Source of the DNA: an uncultured Gammaproteobacteria bacterium
GTDB lineage: Bacteria > Patescibacteriota > Microgenomatia > Levybacterales > UBA12049
Assembly (NCBI GenBank): GCA_964537895.1
Contig: CAZIDK010000003.1
Span: forward strand, 1,171-65,170
Direction of reading: 5' to 3'
DNA: 64,000 bases
A model generated the notes under the pieces. That model saw nothing but the letters and a program-made list of their open reading frames with translations, was not told the DNA's origin and did not search any database. The position numbers and the translations under genes are program-made. Shown piece by piece: positions 30,058 to 38,783 of this stretch (the stretch's first letter is position 1; each line of letters starts with the position of its first letter).

Positions 30058-30198
30058 TTTGCGACGCTTGTGTTGTAAAATGAAGCAAACATAAACACCA
30101 TCTATAATCTATTGTGCGACGCTACTTATTATCAGTATGAAGCTAGTGGGAGAATTTGTCAAATTGACAATAAATCATTGAACTGTTAATCTAATATT

Positions 30199-30729
30199 AT
30201 GGATGCAAGATACAATGAAAGACCGCCAATGGCACACCCGCAAGAACCAAGACTGGATACAGGAGGCGAAAAACCGCCGGTTAGGACTCAGGCGCATCAG
30301 CCTTTATCACGCAGAATTAGAGGCGCTTTGGGACAACTCCGTGAAACATTTGTAGCAATAGATAAAAAAATTCCGCCGGAAGATATTACTTTACAAAAAA
30401 CAGCAGACGTTATCAACGAGTATGTTTCTCATCCAAGCAACGAAAGACGGGGATTTCGTCCGGAACAAATACCTTTCGATATAACAGATATGCTTGTTCA
30501 GATGGGTTATGGAGCAACATTCTTGCAAACGGGCGACTTTATGGAAAAACACCAGCAAGCATACAGCATAGTTAGAAGAAGGCTATCGGAAGCTTCCCAA
30601 ATGGGAGGCGTTCAGATGGAAGAATTATCTGTACCATCATCCCACGGAGAAACAATTGCTTATCACGTTTCCAACCTTGAAATTCTTAGGAAAATAGCCT
30701 CGGGAGAAATTAAACCACCAAGCGCGTAA
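30199..30729 (+). CDS. hypothetical protein; GC-rich orphan
   Basis: 176-aa ORF with clearly higher GC than the genome background. No motifs. Confidence 0.4.
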   Translation: MDARYNERPPMAHPQEPRLDTGGEKPPVRTQAHQPLSRRIRGALGQLRETFVAIDKKIPPEDITLQKTADVINEYVSHPSNERRGFRPEQIPFDITDMLVQMGYGATFLQTGDFMEKHQQAYSIVRRRLSEASQMGGVQMEELSVPSSHGETIAYHVSNLEILRKIASGEIKPPSA

Positions 30730-30743
30730 ACCCTAGCTGCATA

Positions 30744-31196
30744 ATGAATAATATTTACTTCACCAACCAGGGAATCGAAAAGGTAAAAAAGGAATACGAA
30801 GAATTAATTTTAAAAAGAAAAGACGCCGTTTATACGTTAAAAAGAGCCAGGGAAATGGGGGATTTATCGGAAAATGGATTATACAAAGCGGCAAAATTTG
30901 AACTTGGCAATATAGACAGAAATATACGAAGGGTTAAATTTTTTCTTACCAAAGGAAAAGTAACGAATACGCCTCAAAAAGGAGTTATTGGGATTGGCTC
31001 AAAAATTATTATTAATGATAACACGGGAAAAAGAGAATTTAATATTGTCGGTAATTACGAATCAAATCCATCCGAAAACAAAATTTCGCACATTTCGCCT
31101 TTAGGCAAGGCTCTGCTTAATAAAAAGGTTGGGGAGACTATTGAAATTAAAACCCCTAGCGGCAAAAGAACCTACAAAATCCTCAAAGTCTCTTAA
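30744..31196 (+). CDS. greA: GreA-family transcription elongation factor
   Basis: N-terminal coiled coil, GDLSENGLYKAAKFE, FKBP-like C-domain. Confidence 0.8.
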   Translation: MNNIYFTNQGIEKVKKEYEELILKRKDAVYTLKRAREMGDLSENGLYKAAKFELGNIDRNIRRVKFFLTKGKVTNTPQKGVIGIGSKIIINDNTGKREFNIVGNYESNPSENKISHISPLGKALLNKKVGETIEIKTPSGKRTYKILKVS

Positions 31197-31261
31197 GTTA
31201 TTTTACCATTCAGATAAACCCATAGTTTGATTTTTGGGTTCAATCAGTATATAATACCACC

Positions 31262-32485
31262 GTGAGACCGGAAATTTTTAAACGCCATCATACAGAAGTT
31301 GGAAGTTCAACAGACCCTAATTTTATAAAACGAGAGCTTTTTAGAAAAGTTCCAAAAGAAGTGCTTCCCGGATTAAAAGAAGCCGTTATTTTCGCTGAAC
31401 AAGCCCACAAAGGGCAACGAAGAGAACAGGAAGACGGACCTGTTATAATCCACCCTTTAAGAGCTACTTATTCTATGGTCTTAGACGGAGTTACGGACAT
31501 TGAAGCTCTCCAAACCTGCGTCTTGCACGATGTCCTTGAAGATAACCCAACTATTGCACCCGAAGAGATAGAAGATAGATTTGGAAAAAAAGTAAGAGAC
31601 AACGTAGTCTTATTATCCAAGGAAATACAAGGAGTATTTAAAGATCTGGACGAATATAACTCCGATTTAGAGTCACATCCGGAAGTAGGAGAAATCAAGA
31701 TTTATGACAGAACTGATAATATGCAGGCTTGGGCAAGGTTTGAGGGAAAAGATACTAAAAGGGATTATAAAATACTTGAAACCCTGCATTTTATTTTTCC
31801 TCTTGCAGGATCGAATGAGGTGCTTCTTTCAAGGCTTAAAGCAGCGTTGCAAGCCGCAGACGCCAAATCAAGCAGAAAAAGAATAACCGAAGCAGATGTA
31901 GCGCTTGAGGAACCATTCTTGCGCGAAAGATTAAGGTCTCACGGAATAAATGTGGATTTATGGGGACAAGGTGCCACACGAACCGTAAGAGACTTGGCAA
32001 GAGAACTTCTAACGAAAGAAAGCACGCTTGAAGAAGGAAACGACGGAAGCCTTTTAAGAAGAACAAGCATTGTATCTGTTGATGTAATATTTGAAGATCC
32101 CAATATCGGTAAAACTTATCACTTAAAAGAAGATTATCAGAAGTTTCGGGGCGGCGCCAAAAGAAAAAGGCCCATTCCAAGGTCTTTATCAGAAAAACTT
32201 CGCTCTTATGACAGCGCTGATATCTTAAGCACAATAAGAAGAACCTGCGCAGAAGAGCTTCAGATTTTTAACATCGACGAAAGAGACGTTGCTATTGGAA
32301 ATATGGAAACAGAAACAAGAGTCTCCAAAGGATACTCCGGCCTAACTACCACTTTTAAGATATGCCCTGCAGTAGTCCGGCTAAGACCTTCGCAGTTTAA
32401 ACCGGAAGGATACTCGGAGACCCAACCAGACAAATCCACCTATTTCGCTTGGACTGAGTCCTCTCAAGACGGAGCTTCAGTTTGA
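31262..32485 (+). CDS. HD-domain protein of the RelA/SpoT (p)ppGpp-hydrolase type fused to an about 230-aa C-terminal region of unknown function
   Basis: AHKGQRREQEDGPVIIHPL...LHDVLED...IYDRTDNMQ matches the SpoT hydrolase HD signature. No clear synthetase motifs. GTG start. Confidence 0.5.
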   Translation: MRPEIFKRHHTEVGSSTDPNFIKRELFRKVPKEVLPGLKEAVIFAEQAHKGQRREQEDGPVIIHPLRATYSMVLDGVTDIEALQTCVLHDVLEDNPTIAPEEIEDRFGKKVRDNVVLLSKEIQGVFKDLDEYNSDLESHPEVGEIKIYDRTDNMQAWARFEGKDTKRDYKILETLHFIFPLAGSNEVLLSRLKAALQAADAKSSRKRITEADVALEEPFLRERLRSHGINVDLWGQGATRTVRDLARELLTKESTLEEGNDGSLLRRTSIVSVDVIFEDPNIGKTYHLKEDYQKFRGGAKRKRPIPRSLSEKLRSYDSADILSTIRRTCAEELQIFNIDERDVAIGNMETETRVSKGYSGLTTTFKICPAVVRLRPSQFKPEGYSETQPDKSTYFAWTESSQDGASV

Positions 32486-33125
32486 AACCCTCTGATATCA
32501 ATTTTCTTCGGAGAAGTGAAAAATTATTAAAATTTAGCCTCAATTAGCCTCAAAAAATTCATCTGCATTAGTCCTGTAGTAGGGAAGACTATAAAGCTGT
32601 AAAAAACGGGGACTTAATCTGAAACATAGCGTACCAAGAGTTGAAATGTTTTTAAATATATGCTGAAAAATAAGACGCCGGAAGAGGTCTTCTCCCAGGC
32701 ATTGAGCCTAGCTGGCGTCGTAAAAGTATTATTGTGCGACATAATCAATTACCCTCGCCCAGCTGCTTATAACACTAAATTTTCTCCCTAACACCCGCCG
32801 GGGTACAATATTAGTTATTAGCTACTAGATATTAGTTAGTAGTTAGTGCTCTCTTCAAATAAACCGCTAAATTATCTAACTACTGCGAGTCGTACAAGAC
32901 CCTCTCTCCACCGAGCCGGCACGTAGTTGAATTTAGCCCGTTATTATAAGCTAATCGCGTAATTTTAGCCTCAAAAATGTTGAGTATAGCAATTATACAT
33001 ACTAATCCTTAGAAAGAGAACGCGCCATAAGAGGCATTCGTATTTTTTTCATTAGAAACAGTTTACGATCCGCCTTTAGGCGGGAGTAGTTACTGTTTCT
33101 TATGTCCGCCGATGATTCGCTCTTT

Positions 33126-33176
33126 GCGCCGTATACGAATAGTACTGAAAAGGCGCAAAGTAAGATTAGGCGGACC
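33126..33176. repeat. nested-hairpin element GCGCCGTATACGAATA..AAAGGCGCAAAGTAAGATTAGGCGG inside a roughly 1-kb noncoding region
   Basis: Related to the copies at 36915-36980 and 43765-43868. Perfect 9-bp stem CTTTGCGCC/GGCGCAAAG. Confidence 0.5.
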
Positions 33177-33495
33177 AAACAGAGAGAAGACATGGGTAAG
33201 CCCGGTACGGTGTGAAAAGTCGAGTATATTTCCGTGAAAATAAAAAAGTTATCCACACCGGCCTCAAAATAAGTCCTATAATATTAAATTGGTTAGAGTA
33301 TCAAACTATATCACGTTCGTCGCTGCGCTCCTCAGTGCAAGCCCAAAGGACTCCTCCTCTCCCCTCCTTCCCTGTTTCTTTAAAAAAATTCCCGAAGCTA
33401 ATTGAAGCTAAATTAAATATAATTTAAGAAGATTTGTGCGTGCGTCAGAAACTATCAGCTATTTGCCATTAGCCAAAAACCGAAGCTGTGCTTCC

Positions 33496-34338
33496 CTAGC
33501 CCCAAGTGGTAAATAATACGAGAACGATAAATACAACTAATGCAACCCAAACGTATTCAACAATCACACTTTTGAAAAGTCTTTTTTCAAACCAGGCCTG
33601 AGACAATCCGACAATACTGTAGAAAAGTCCGGTTAGAAAAAGCGCAATAACCGTAGGACTGCTAGGCCAAAACCACAAAAGAATCACAACTTCAAAAAGG
33701 CAAAGGGCTAAGGAGAAAACCCATAAAGCGTTTGCGAATAGTTTTCTCTCAAGCGAATAAATCCAGATAGAATTTAAGACGAGAGGAAAACTGAAGCCAA
33801 AAATAAGAAGAAGCGTTAAAACAACGTTTATATGAAAAGTAAAAATTACATTAGCAAGAAAAAAGTAGGACAAAAGAGTTAATGTAAACACAACCGTTCT
33901 CGCGCTTGATAAAAGAGCTATCGTACGAACCGCGGACACGATAAAAATATTTTGGCTTAAAAAAAGTGAATAAAGACCTAACGCGTATAAGGAAGTCATA
34001 GCAATTCTTGTTAAAAGGCGCGCCGGAACAAGAAAGTAAAAAAGTCCGAAAGCAAGACTATAAAAAAACGGCAGTATAAAAATCTGCGGCCAAAAATTAT
34101 CTTTTAAATCTTCCTTCAGGGATAAAAACAAAAGAATGTCGGTTATGATAGAAAGCCCAATAATTATATAGAGCGCGGATTTGCCTAAAAAATATTCCGT
34201 AATAAAAAGTCCTAGAGAAAGAAGGATTACCGAAACTATCAGCCGCTGTCTTTTGCTTAAAATCTTAAACTTATTTAATCTGTTACGGGTAAGACGTGAA
34301 AAACCTTTATATGTAGATTTATTTCTGCCGTTAATCAT
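33496..34338 (-). CDS. polytopic membrane protein, function unknown
   Basis: About 8 hydrophobic helices. Confidence 0.55.
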   Translation of the reverse strand: MINGRNKSTYKGFSRLTRNRLNKFKILSKRQRLIVSVILLSLGLFITEYFLGKSALYIIIGLSIITDILLFLSLKEDLKDNFWPQIFILPFFYSLAFGLFYFLVPARLLTRIAMTSLYALGLYSLFLSQNIFIVSAVRTIALLSSARTVVFTLTLLSYFFLANVIFTFHINVVLTLLLIFGFSFPLVLNSIWIYSLERKLFANALWVFSLALCLFEVVILLWFWPSSPTVIALFLTGLFYSIVGLSQAWFEKRLFKSVIVEYVWVALVVFIVLVLFTTWG

Positions 34339-35063
34339 AAACTAACATTCATATTTGAGTATACTTTTTGTACATCATCCAATTCCTCCAAAGTGTTTAA
34401 AAATGCCTCTATTTTGTCAAACTTCTCCCTATCTGTAATTTCCATCAAAATCACCGGCTGTCTGACTAAACTTGCTTCAACTACTTCTAAACCCTTTGAC
34501 ATAAGAGCATTTTTTACTTTGGTAAGATCTTGTAAGTCGGTATAAATAAATAGCTCATCTCCTGCGTCTTCCAAATCCTCCGCTCCGCTTTCAACCGCAA
34601 TCGTAAAAATATCGTCGTAAGATTTATCTCCTTTTTTAACAATTATTTCTCCGACGTGTTTAAACTGATACGAAACCGACCCTGGTTGTCCAAAGCTTGC
34701 TCCCGCTTTATGAAAAATACTTTTTATTTCGGCAGTTGTTCTCATTGGATTATCTGTAAATGCTTCAACCATTACCGAAACTCCTCCCTGAGCAAAACCT
34801 TCATAGGTAACCTCGTGGAGCTCCCCTGCTTCTTTGCTGGTGGCTCTATGTATTGCTCTTTCGATGTTGTCTTTGGGCATATTCGCGGCTCTTGCGGCGT
34901 CGATAGAAAGCCTTAGTCGGAAGTTAGAACCAGGATCGGCTATTCCCCCACCCTGCTTTACGGCAATAGTTATGGCATTTGACAATTTGGTAAATGTTTT
35001 GCCGCGCTTTTGATCGTTTATACCTTTTTGTCTTTTAATTGATGACCATTTTGAGTGTCCGCT
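34335..35063 (-). CDS. yebC: YebC/PmpR-family DNA-binding regulator; true start at MSGHSKW, ORF open to 35075
   Basis: MSGHSKWSSIKRQKG signature; roughly 242-aa protein. Confidence 0.9.
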   Translation of the reverse strand, partial: SGHSKWSSIKRQKGINDQKRGKTFTKLSNAITIAVKQGGGIADPGSNFRLRLSIDAARAANMPKDNIERAIHRATSKEAGELHEVTYEGFAQGGVSVMVEAFTDNPMRTTAEIKSIFHKAGASFGQPGSVSYQFKHVGEIIVKKGDKSYDDIFTIAVESGAEDLEDAGDELFIYTDLQDLTKVKNALMSKGLEVVEASLVRQPVILMEITDREKFDKIEAFLNTLEELDDVQKVYSNMNVSL

Positions 35064-35211
35064 CATACGTAGCAACTAGCCACTAGAACTTAGCAACTAG
35101 TTGTTAACTGAATGCTAAATGCTGAAGGCTAGATGCTGATATTATACCTTTTCTACCTTGACTTTTGCAATTGATTTGTAGTAAAATTTTCCAATCGATT
35201 TTATCTCCTAA

Positions 35212-35940
35212 ATGATGTCTTTAAAATTACAAGCAATACAAACAGCATTAACCGGTGATTGGAAAAACGCTATTAGTTTAAACAAAAAACTTCTTGATGA
35301 AAATCCCCAAAATATTGATACCCTGAACCGCTTGGCTCTTGCCTACGCTATTTCCGGCAAAGCAAAAGATGCAAAAGATACCTATCAAAAAGTTTTAGAT
35401 ATCGACCCTTTAAATCCAATTGCGCTTAAAAACGCCAAAAAATTAAAAGAGAGAACGTTTTCAGCCAATAAAACCGGCAACGCAGTTTTGCAAATAAGCA
35501 ATAACTTCTTGGAAGAAACAGGAAAAACCAAGGTGATTGAGCTCGTTAATACTGCCCAGCCGAAGATTATCCAAACCCTAAGAACGGGACAATTCGTTTC
35601 TCTTTCTATAAAAAGATCAAGAATCTTTGTCCTTGATAACGAAAATCAATACATTGGGGTTTTGCCCGACGACATAGGAAAAAGACTTATTAAGTTTTTA
35701 AAAAGCGGGAATAGATACGATGCCTATATCAAATCCGCCAATCCCCACCATGTTGTTATTTTTATCAAAGAAACAAAAAGATCTTCCCGCTACAAAGACC
35801 ATCCGTCATTTTTAAACGCTAACGATGCGGTTCTTGCCTTTGACAAAAACGGCAAAATAAAAAACAGCGCCAAAAAACAAGCCGAGGCTGAAAAAGAAGA
35901 AGACGCGGAAGGTTACGAATCGGAAGAAGAAGCAGAATGA
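35212..35940 (+). CDS. TPR-repeat protein with an acidic C-terminal tail
   Basis: TPR-like helices in the N-terminal 80 aa, E-rich C-terminus. Confidence 0.4.
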   Translation: MMSLKLQAIQTALTGDWKNAISLNKKLLDENPQNIDTLNRLALAYAISGKAKDAKDTYQKVLDIDPLNPIALKNAKKLKERTFSANKTGNAVLQISNNFLEETGKTKVIELVNTAQPKIIQTLRTGQFVSLSIKRSRIFVLDNENQYIGVLPDDIGKRLIKFLKSGNRYDAYIKSANPHHVVIFIKETKRSSRYKDHPSFLNANDAVLAFDKNGKIKNSAKKQAEAEKEEDAEGYESEEEAE

Positions 35941-36078
35941 CTTTGAAAAATTACCCTGTTTTTATTAAGCTTTTTTCTTAGCTTATCAACGTCCGGTTTT
36001 GAATTTACTCCCCTTACCGACCACATGGCCAGAAGAATTGAAATTACCGCAATTATCAAAACAACTTGCAAAAACATA

Positions 36079-36915
36079 TTAAAATTTCAGATCCCTTAAA
36101 GCATCTTTACCGATAATTATTGTAACATCCGAAATGTCTCTTTGGGAAGACTTAACTGGTTTTACCCTCAAAAATGAAGCCAGTCTTTTAACCGTGTAAT
36201 TTAAGTCGCCCGAGTATAAAATCTGAGAGTTATCTTGAGGTTTATCCGAAGAAGAGACCAAAACTACATCTCCGCCTATATTGGCAATAAGAAACGCCAG
36301 TCTATTTGCCAATCCGTAAACTCTTGTAGCATTAATAATCTCTACCGTTGTTTTTTCATTTGCTATTGCCGAGTCTATAAAAAAAGATGAAACAAAAGCA
36401 TTAATAGTCAGAGTATCGCTGCTTAAAGCATCTCTTTGGTAAATAAAATCTATAGAAACATCTTTAGCAAAAAGCCAGAGTCTTAGGGCGTCAATAATTG
36501 TTAGGCTCGTATCTTGATCGCTGTATTGAAATAAAATTCTTGACATATCCAACGCAAGATTTTTCTTATCAATTATCATCTTGTTTGTCTTAAGCGTTGC
36601 ATCTATGGGAAGACCTATATATTGACTTATATTGTGATTGGAGAATTTACCTTTCAAATTAATAACCGCAATCGAGCGGGTTGCCGGTGAAAAAGAAACA
36701 ACCGAAACTTGAGTATCTTGAAATATACCTACATTAAATCTATTTTGACCGTCAAAACTGCTATTTTTTATTAAAATTAGAGTTTTTACGGCAATTGACA
36801 TTAAAATCAATAAAAATACCAAAGCACAAAAAACAATAGCAACGCTTAAGGTTTTACCTTTCTGTTTTTTCCGTTTCATAAGGATTAGTCTTTCTTTGAG
36901 CCCAACTAAAATCAC
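36079..36915 (-). CDS. membrane-anchored protein with a LytR_C-like C-terminal domain; start uncertain (GTG at 36915 or ATG at 36879)
   Basis: VEIINATRVYGLANRLAFLIANIGGDVV resembles the LytR C-terminal domain. One TM helix. Confidence 0.45.
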   Translation of the reverse strand: MILVGLKERLILMKRKKQKGKTLSVAIVFCALVFLLILMSIAVKTLILIKNSSFDGQNRFNVGIFQDTQVSVVSFSPATRSIAVINLKGKFSNHNISQYIGLPIDATLKTNKMIIDKKNLALDMSRILFQYSDQDTSLTIIDALRLWLFAKDVSIDFIYQRDALSSDTLTINAFVSSFFIDSAIANEKTTVEIINATRVYGLANRLAFLIANIGGDVVLVSSSDKPQDNSQILYSGDLNYTVKRLASFLRVKPVKSSQRDISDVTIIIGKDALRDLKF

Positions 36916-36980
36916 TCCGTGAACCGTATTCGAATAGAATAGAAAGGCGAACGGTAAGATTAGGCGGGTTTCTTTTTTGA
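36915..36980. repeat. intergenic element CTCCGTGAACCGTATTCGAATA..AAAGGCGAACGGTAAGATTAGGCGGG followed by a T-run
   Basis: Shared with 43765-43868 and partly with 33126-33176. Confidence 0.55.
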
Positions 36981-37150
36981 TACTATTTCAGGCATTTGAA
37001 ATACAGGAGAGCCTCCAGTAGCTATATTTTTTGTTGTTTTATCTTTTTTAGGTTTTTTCTTTTCTCCCTTATAAAAACCTCCGAAACTTCCCATAAAATC
37101 ACCTCCTTAATATACTAAATAACATTTTGGCCTTCCTGTCAATGTTTTTT

Positions 37151-37288
37151 GCACGTTCGATGCGACTCAGTACAAAAAATGCTGAGCGCAGTCGCACGTT
37201 CGATGCGACTCAGTACAAAAAATGCTGAGCACAGTCGCACATTCGACAATGCTCAGTGCGATACTGAGTTTATCGAACGTATCGAAGG
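37151..37288. repeat. tandem 43-bp hairpin repeat (2 full units plus an inverted partial unit)
   Basis: GCACGTTCGATGCGACTCAGTACAAAAAATGCTGAGC(G/A)CAGTC twice; the third unit ends with inverted TCGAACGT. Confidence 0.7.
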
Positions 37289-37299
37289 TATTTTTGTGC

Positions 37300-38091
37300 T
37301 TATTGGCTGATTACCTTACTCAATTCCCCAGGCAATGGAGACTCTAATAAGACTTGCTTATTGGTTATTGGGTGTATGAATGAAATTTTGTGTGCGTGCA
37401 AGAAAACGCGCTTGAGAATTTTTCTGTCCTGCCTTGAGGTTTTTCTTCCCGCATATAAAAAGTCAGCAAAAATAGGATGACTAAAATACTTTAAGTGAAC
37501 TCTTATCTGATGCGTTCTTCCTGTTTCCGGATAAAGCTCCAGGAGGCTCATCGGCTCTTCTTTTTTTCCCGATACTAAATACTTAATACTTAATACTTTA
37601 TACTTCGTAACCGCTTCCCTACCGCCTGCCAAAACCCCAAACTTTTTTCTGTTCCAAGGCAGTCTTCCGACAGGAACATTTATTTCTCCTATCTCCGGCA
37701 CAACTTTCCCGTGGCAAAGCGCAAGATAAGTTTTTTTTATAACTCTTTCTTTAAACTGTTTTTGCAGATTTTCAAAAGCCGGAAGGGTTTTGGCAACAAG
37801 TAAAATTCCCGAAGTTTCTTTATCAAGCCTATGAACTATTCCGCTTCTTTTATAAAAATCCGACTCCTCGTCAATTCTGAATTCTGCCCGCCCCGCTTCG
37901 CTTGTCGAGGCTGGAGAACTCTGCCCGCCCCGCTTCGCTTGTCGAGGCCGGGGAACTCTGAATTTACTGTCCAGCCAATCCTGTACCGTTTCCTCCCCTA
38001 TCGTAGTATCGGAACGATTAACAGTTATTCCCGCGGGCTTATCCAAAACCAAAACGTCATCGTCCTCGTAAATTATTTTAATATTACTCAT
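37300..38091 (-). CDS. RluA-family pseudouridine synthase with an in-frame tandem repeat-element insertion
   Basis: HRLDKETSGILLVAKT catalytic motif. The insert encodes RVPRPRQAKRGGQSSPASTSEAGRAEF just before the catalytic loop. Confidence 0.85.
   Translation of the reverse strand: MSNIKIIYEDDDVLVLDKPAGITVNRSDTTIGEETVQDWLDSKFRVPRPRQAKRGGQSSPASTSEAGRAEFRIDEESDFYKRSGIVHRLDKETSGILLVAKTLPAFENLQKQFKERVIKKTYLALCHGKVVPEIGEINVPVGRLPWNRKKFGVLAGGREAVTKYKVLSIKYLVSGKKEEPMSLLELYPETGRTHQIRVHLKYFSHPIFADFLYAGRKTSRQDRKILKRVFLHAHKISFIHPITNKQVLLESPLPGELSKVISQ
37868..37985. repeat. two tandem copies of the GC-core element CTGCCCGCCCCGCTTCGCTTGTCGAGGC(C/T)GG(G/A)GAACT flanked by GAATT repeats, in frame inside rluA
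   Basis: Core is near-identical to 1818-1850. The copies are 40 nt apart, so they are read in two different frames. Confidence 0.7.
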
Positions 38092-38780
38092 TTCAAAACT
38101 CTTTTCTTCCCCACTACCTCCTGTTTTAAAATAAGCGCAACCGAAACAATAAAGAGAACAAGTATGGTAAAATTTTCTAAAGATATTATGTTAAAACTTT
38201 TGAAGTTTGAAATAATTCCCGATAAAAAAGTGACTATTGAAAAATAAAGCAAAAAGATTGTTCCAAGGCTTCCGCTTTTAATTATTCCTCTAAAAGAAGC
38301 AGGCAGGGCAACCTTTATAAAAATAAGAAAAAGGATTGAATAAATTAAAAAGGAAAAAATAAAAGCCGGAAAATAACTTTTACCCGCCAAGATAAAAAAT
38401 CCTAAGAATCCTATGGGAAGACAGCTTAAAAATGCAACCGCAAAAAAATCAAATATTTTTGCAACAGGGAGCTTTTGACTTTTAGCATAAGCTGTTAAAA
38501 AAATTGAGCCTCCCAAAACTCCCCCAAGTAAGGAAAGACCGGGAAAATACGGAAAGAGAAGAAATCCTAAAGGGCTAAAAAAAACTTCTCTGGGGTAAAA
38601 AATTACGTAGAAAAATCTGGCGAAAAAAAGCGCGGCAACCGCTGTTAAAAATGCTGTATTGAAAACCCTATCCATTGGCAGATCTTTTCTGATAATTATC
38701 AAATCGTCGTTTGCCAAAAAATAAAGACTAAACAAAAATATAAAAAAACAGATAATGAGCACGAAAATTAACAAATGCAT
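38088..38780 (-). CDS. polytopic membrane protein, possibly prolipoprotein diacylglyceryl transferase (Lgt-like)
   Basis: FPGLSLLGGVLGGSIF and FFARFFYVIFYP resemble Lgt motifs. Confidence 0.4.
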   Translation of the reverse strand: MHLLIFVLIICFFIFLFSLYFLANDDLIIIRKDLPMDRVFNTAFLTAVAALFFARFFYVIFYPREVFFSPLGFLLFPYFPGLSLLGGVLGGSIFLTAYAKSQKLPVAKIFDFFAVAFLSCLPIGFLGFFILAGKSYFPAFIFSFLIYSILFLIFIKVALPASFRGIIKSGSLGTIFLLYFSIVTFLSGIISNFKSFNIISLENFTILVLFIVSVALILKQEVVGKKRVLK

Positions 38781-38783
38781 ATC

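Noticed and set aside
33002-33427. ORFs 33002..33256 (-) and 33212..33427 (+) in the 1-kb gene-free region
   Set aside because: They have no motifs, overlap each other on opposite strands, and coincide with the hairpin-rich sequence. More likely noncoding.
32486-33495. RNase P RNA, tmRNA or SRP RNA in the long noncoding region
   Set aside because: The conserved P4 (GGAAAGUCCGG / ACAGAAnnCGGCUUA), tmRNA (5-prime GGGG..UUCGACG, 3-prime T-arm-CCA) and SRP (GGAAGGAAGCAGCC) motifs could not be found on either strand by eye. Left as unclassified structured DNA or RNA pending a covariance-model scan.
37151-37288. Tandem 43-bp repeats considered as a CRISPR array
   Set aside because: Units are directly adjacent with no unique spacers, only 2.5 copies, and no cas genes nearby. 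They are better explained as a hairpin minisatellite.
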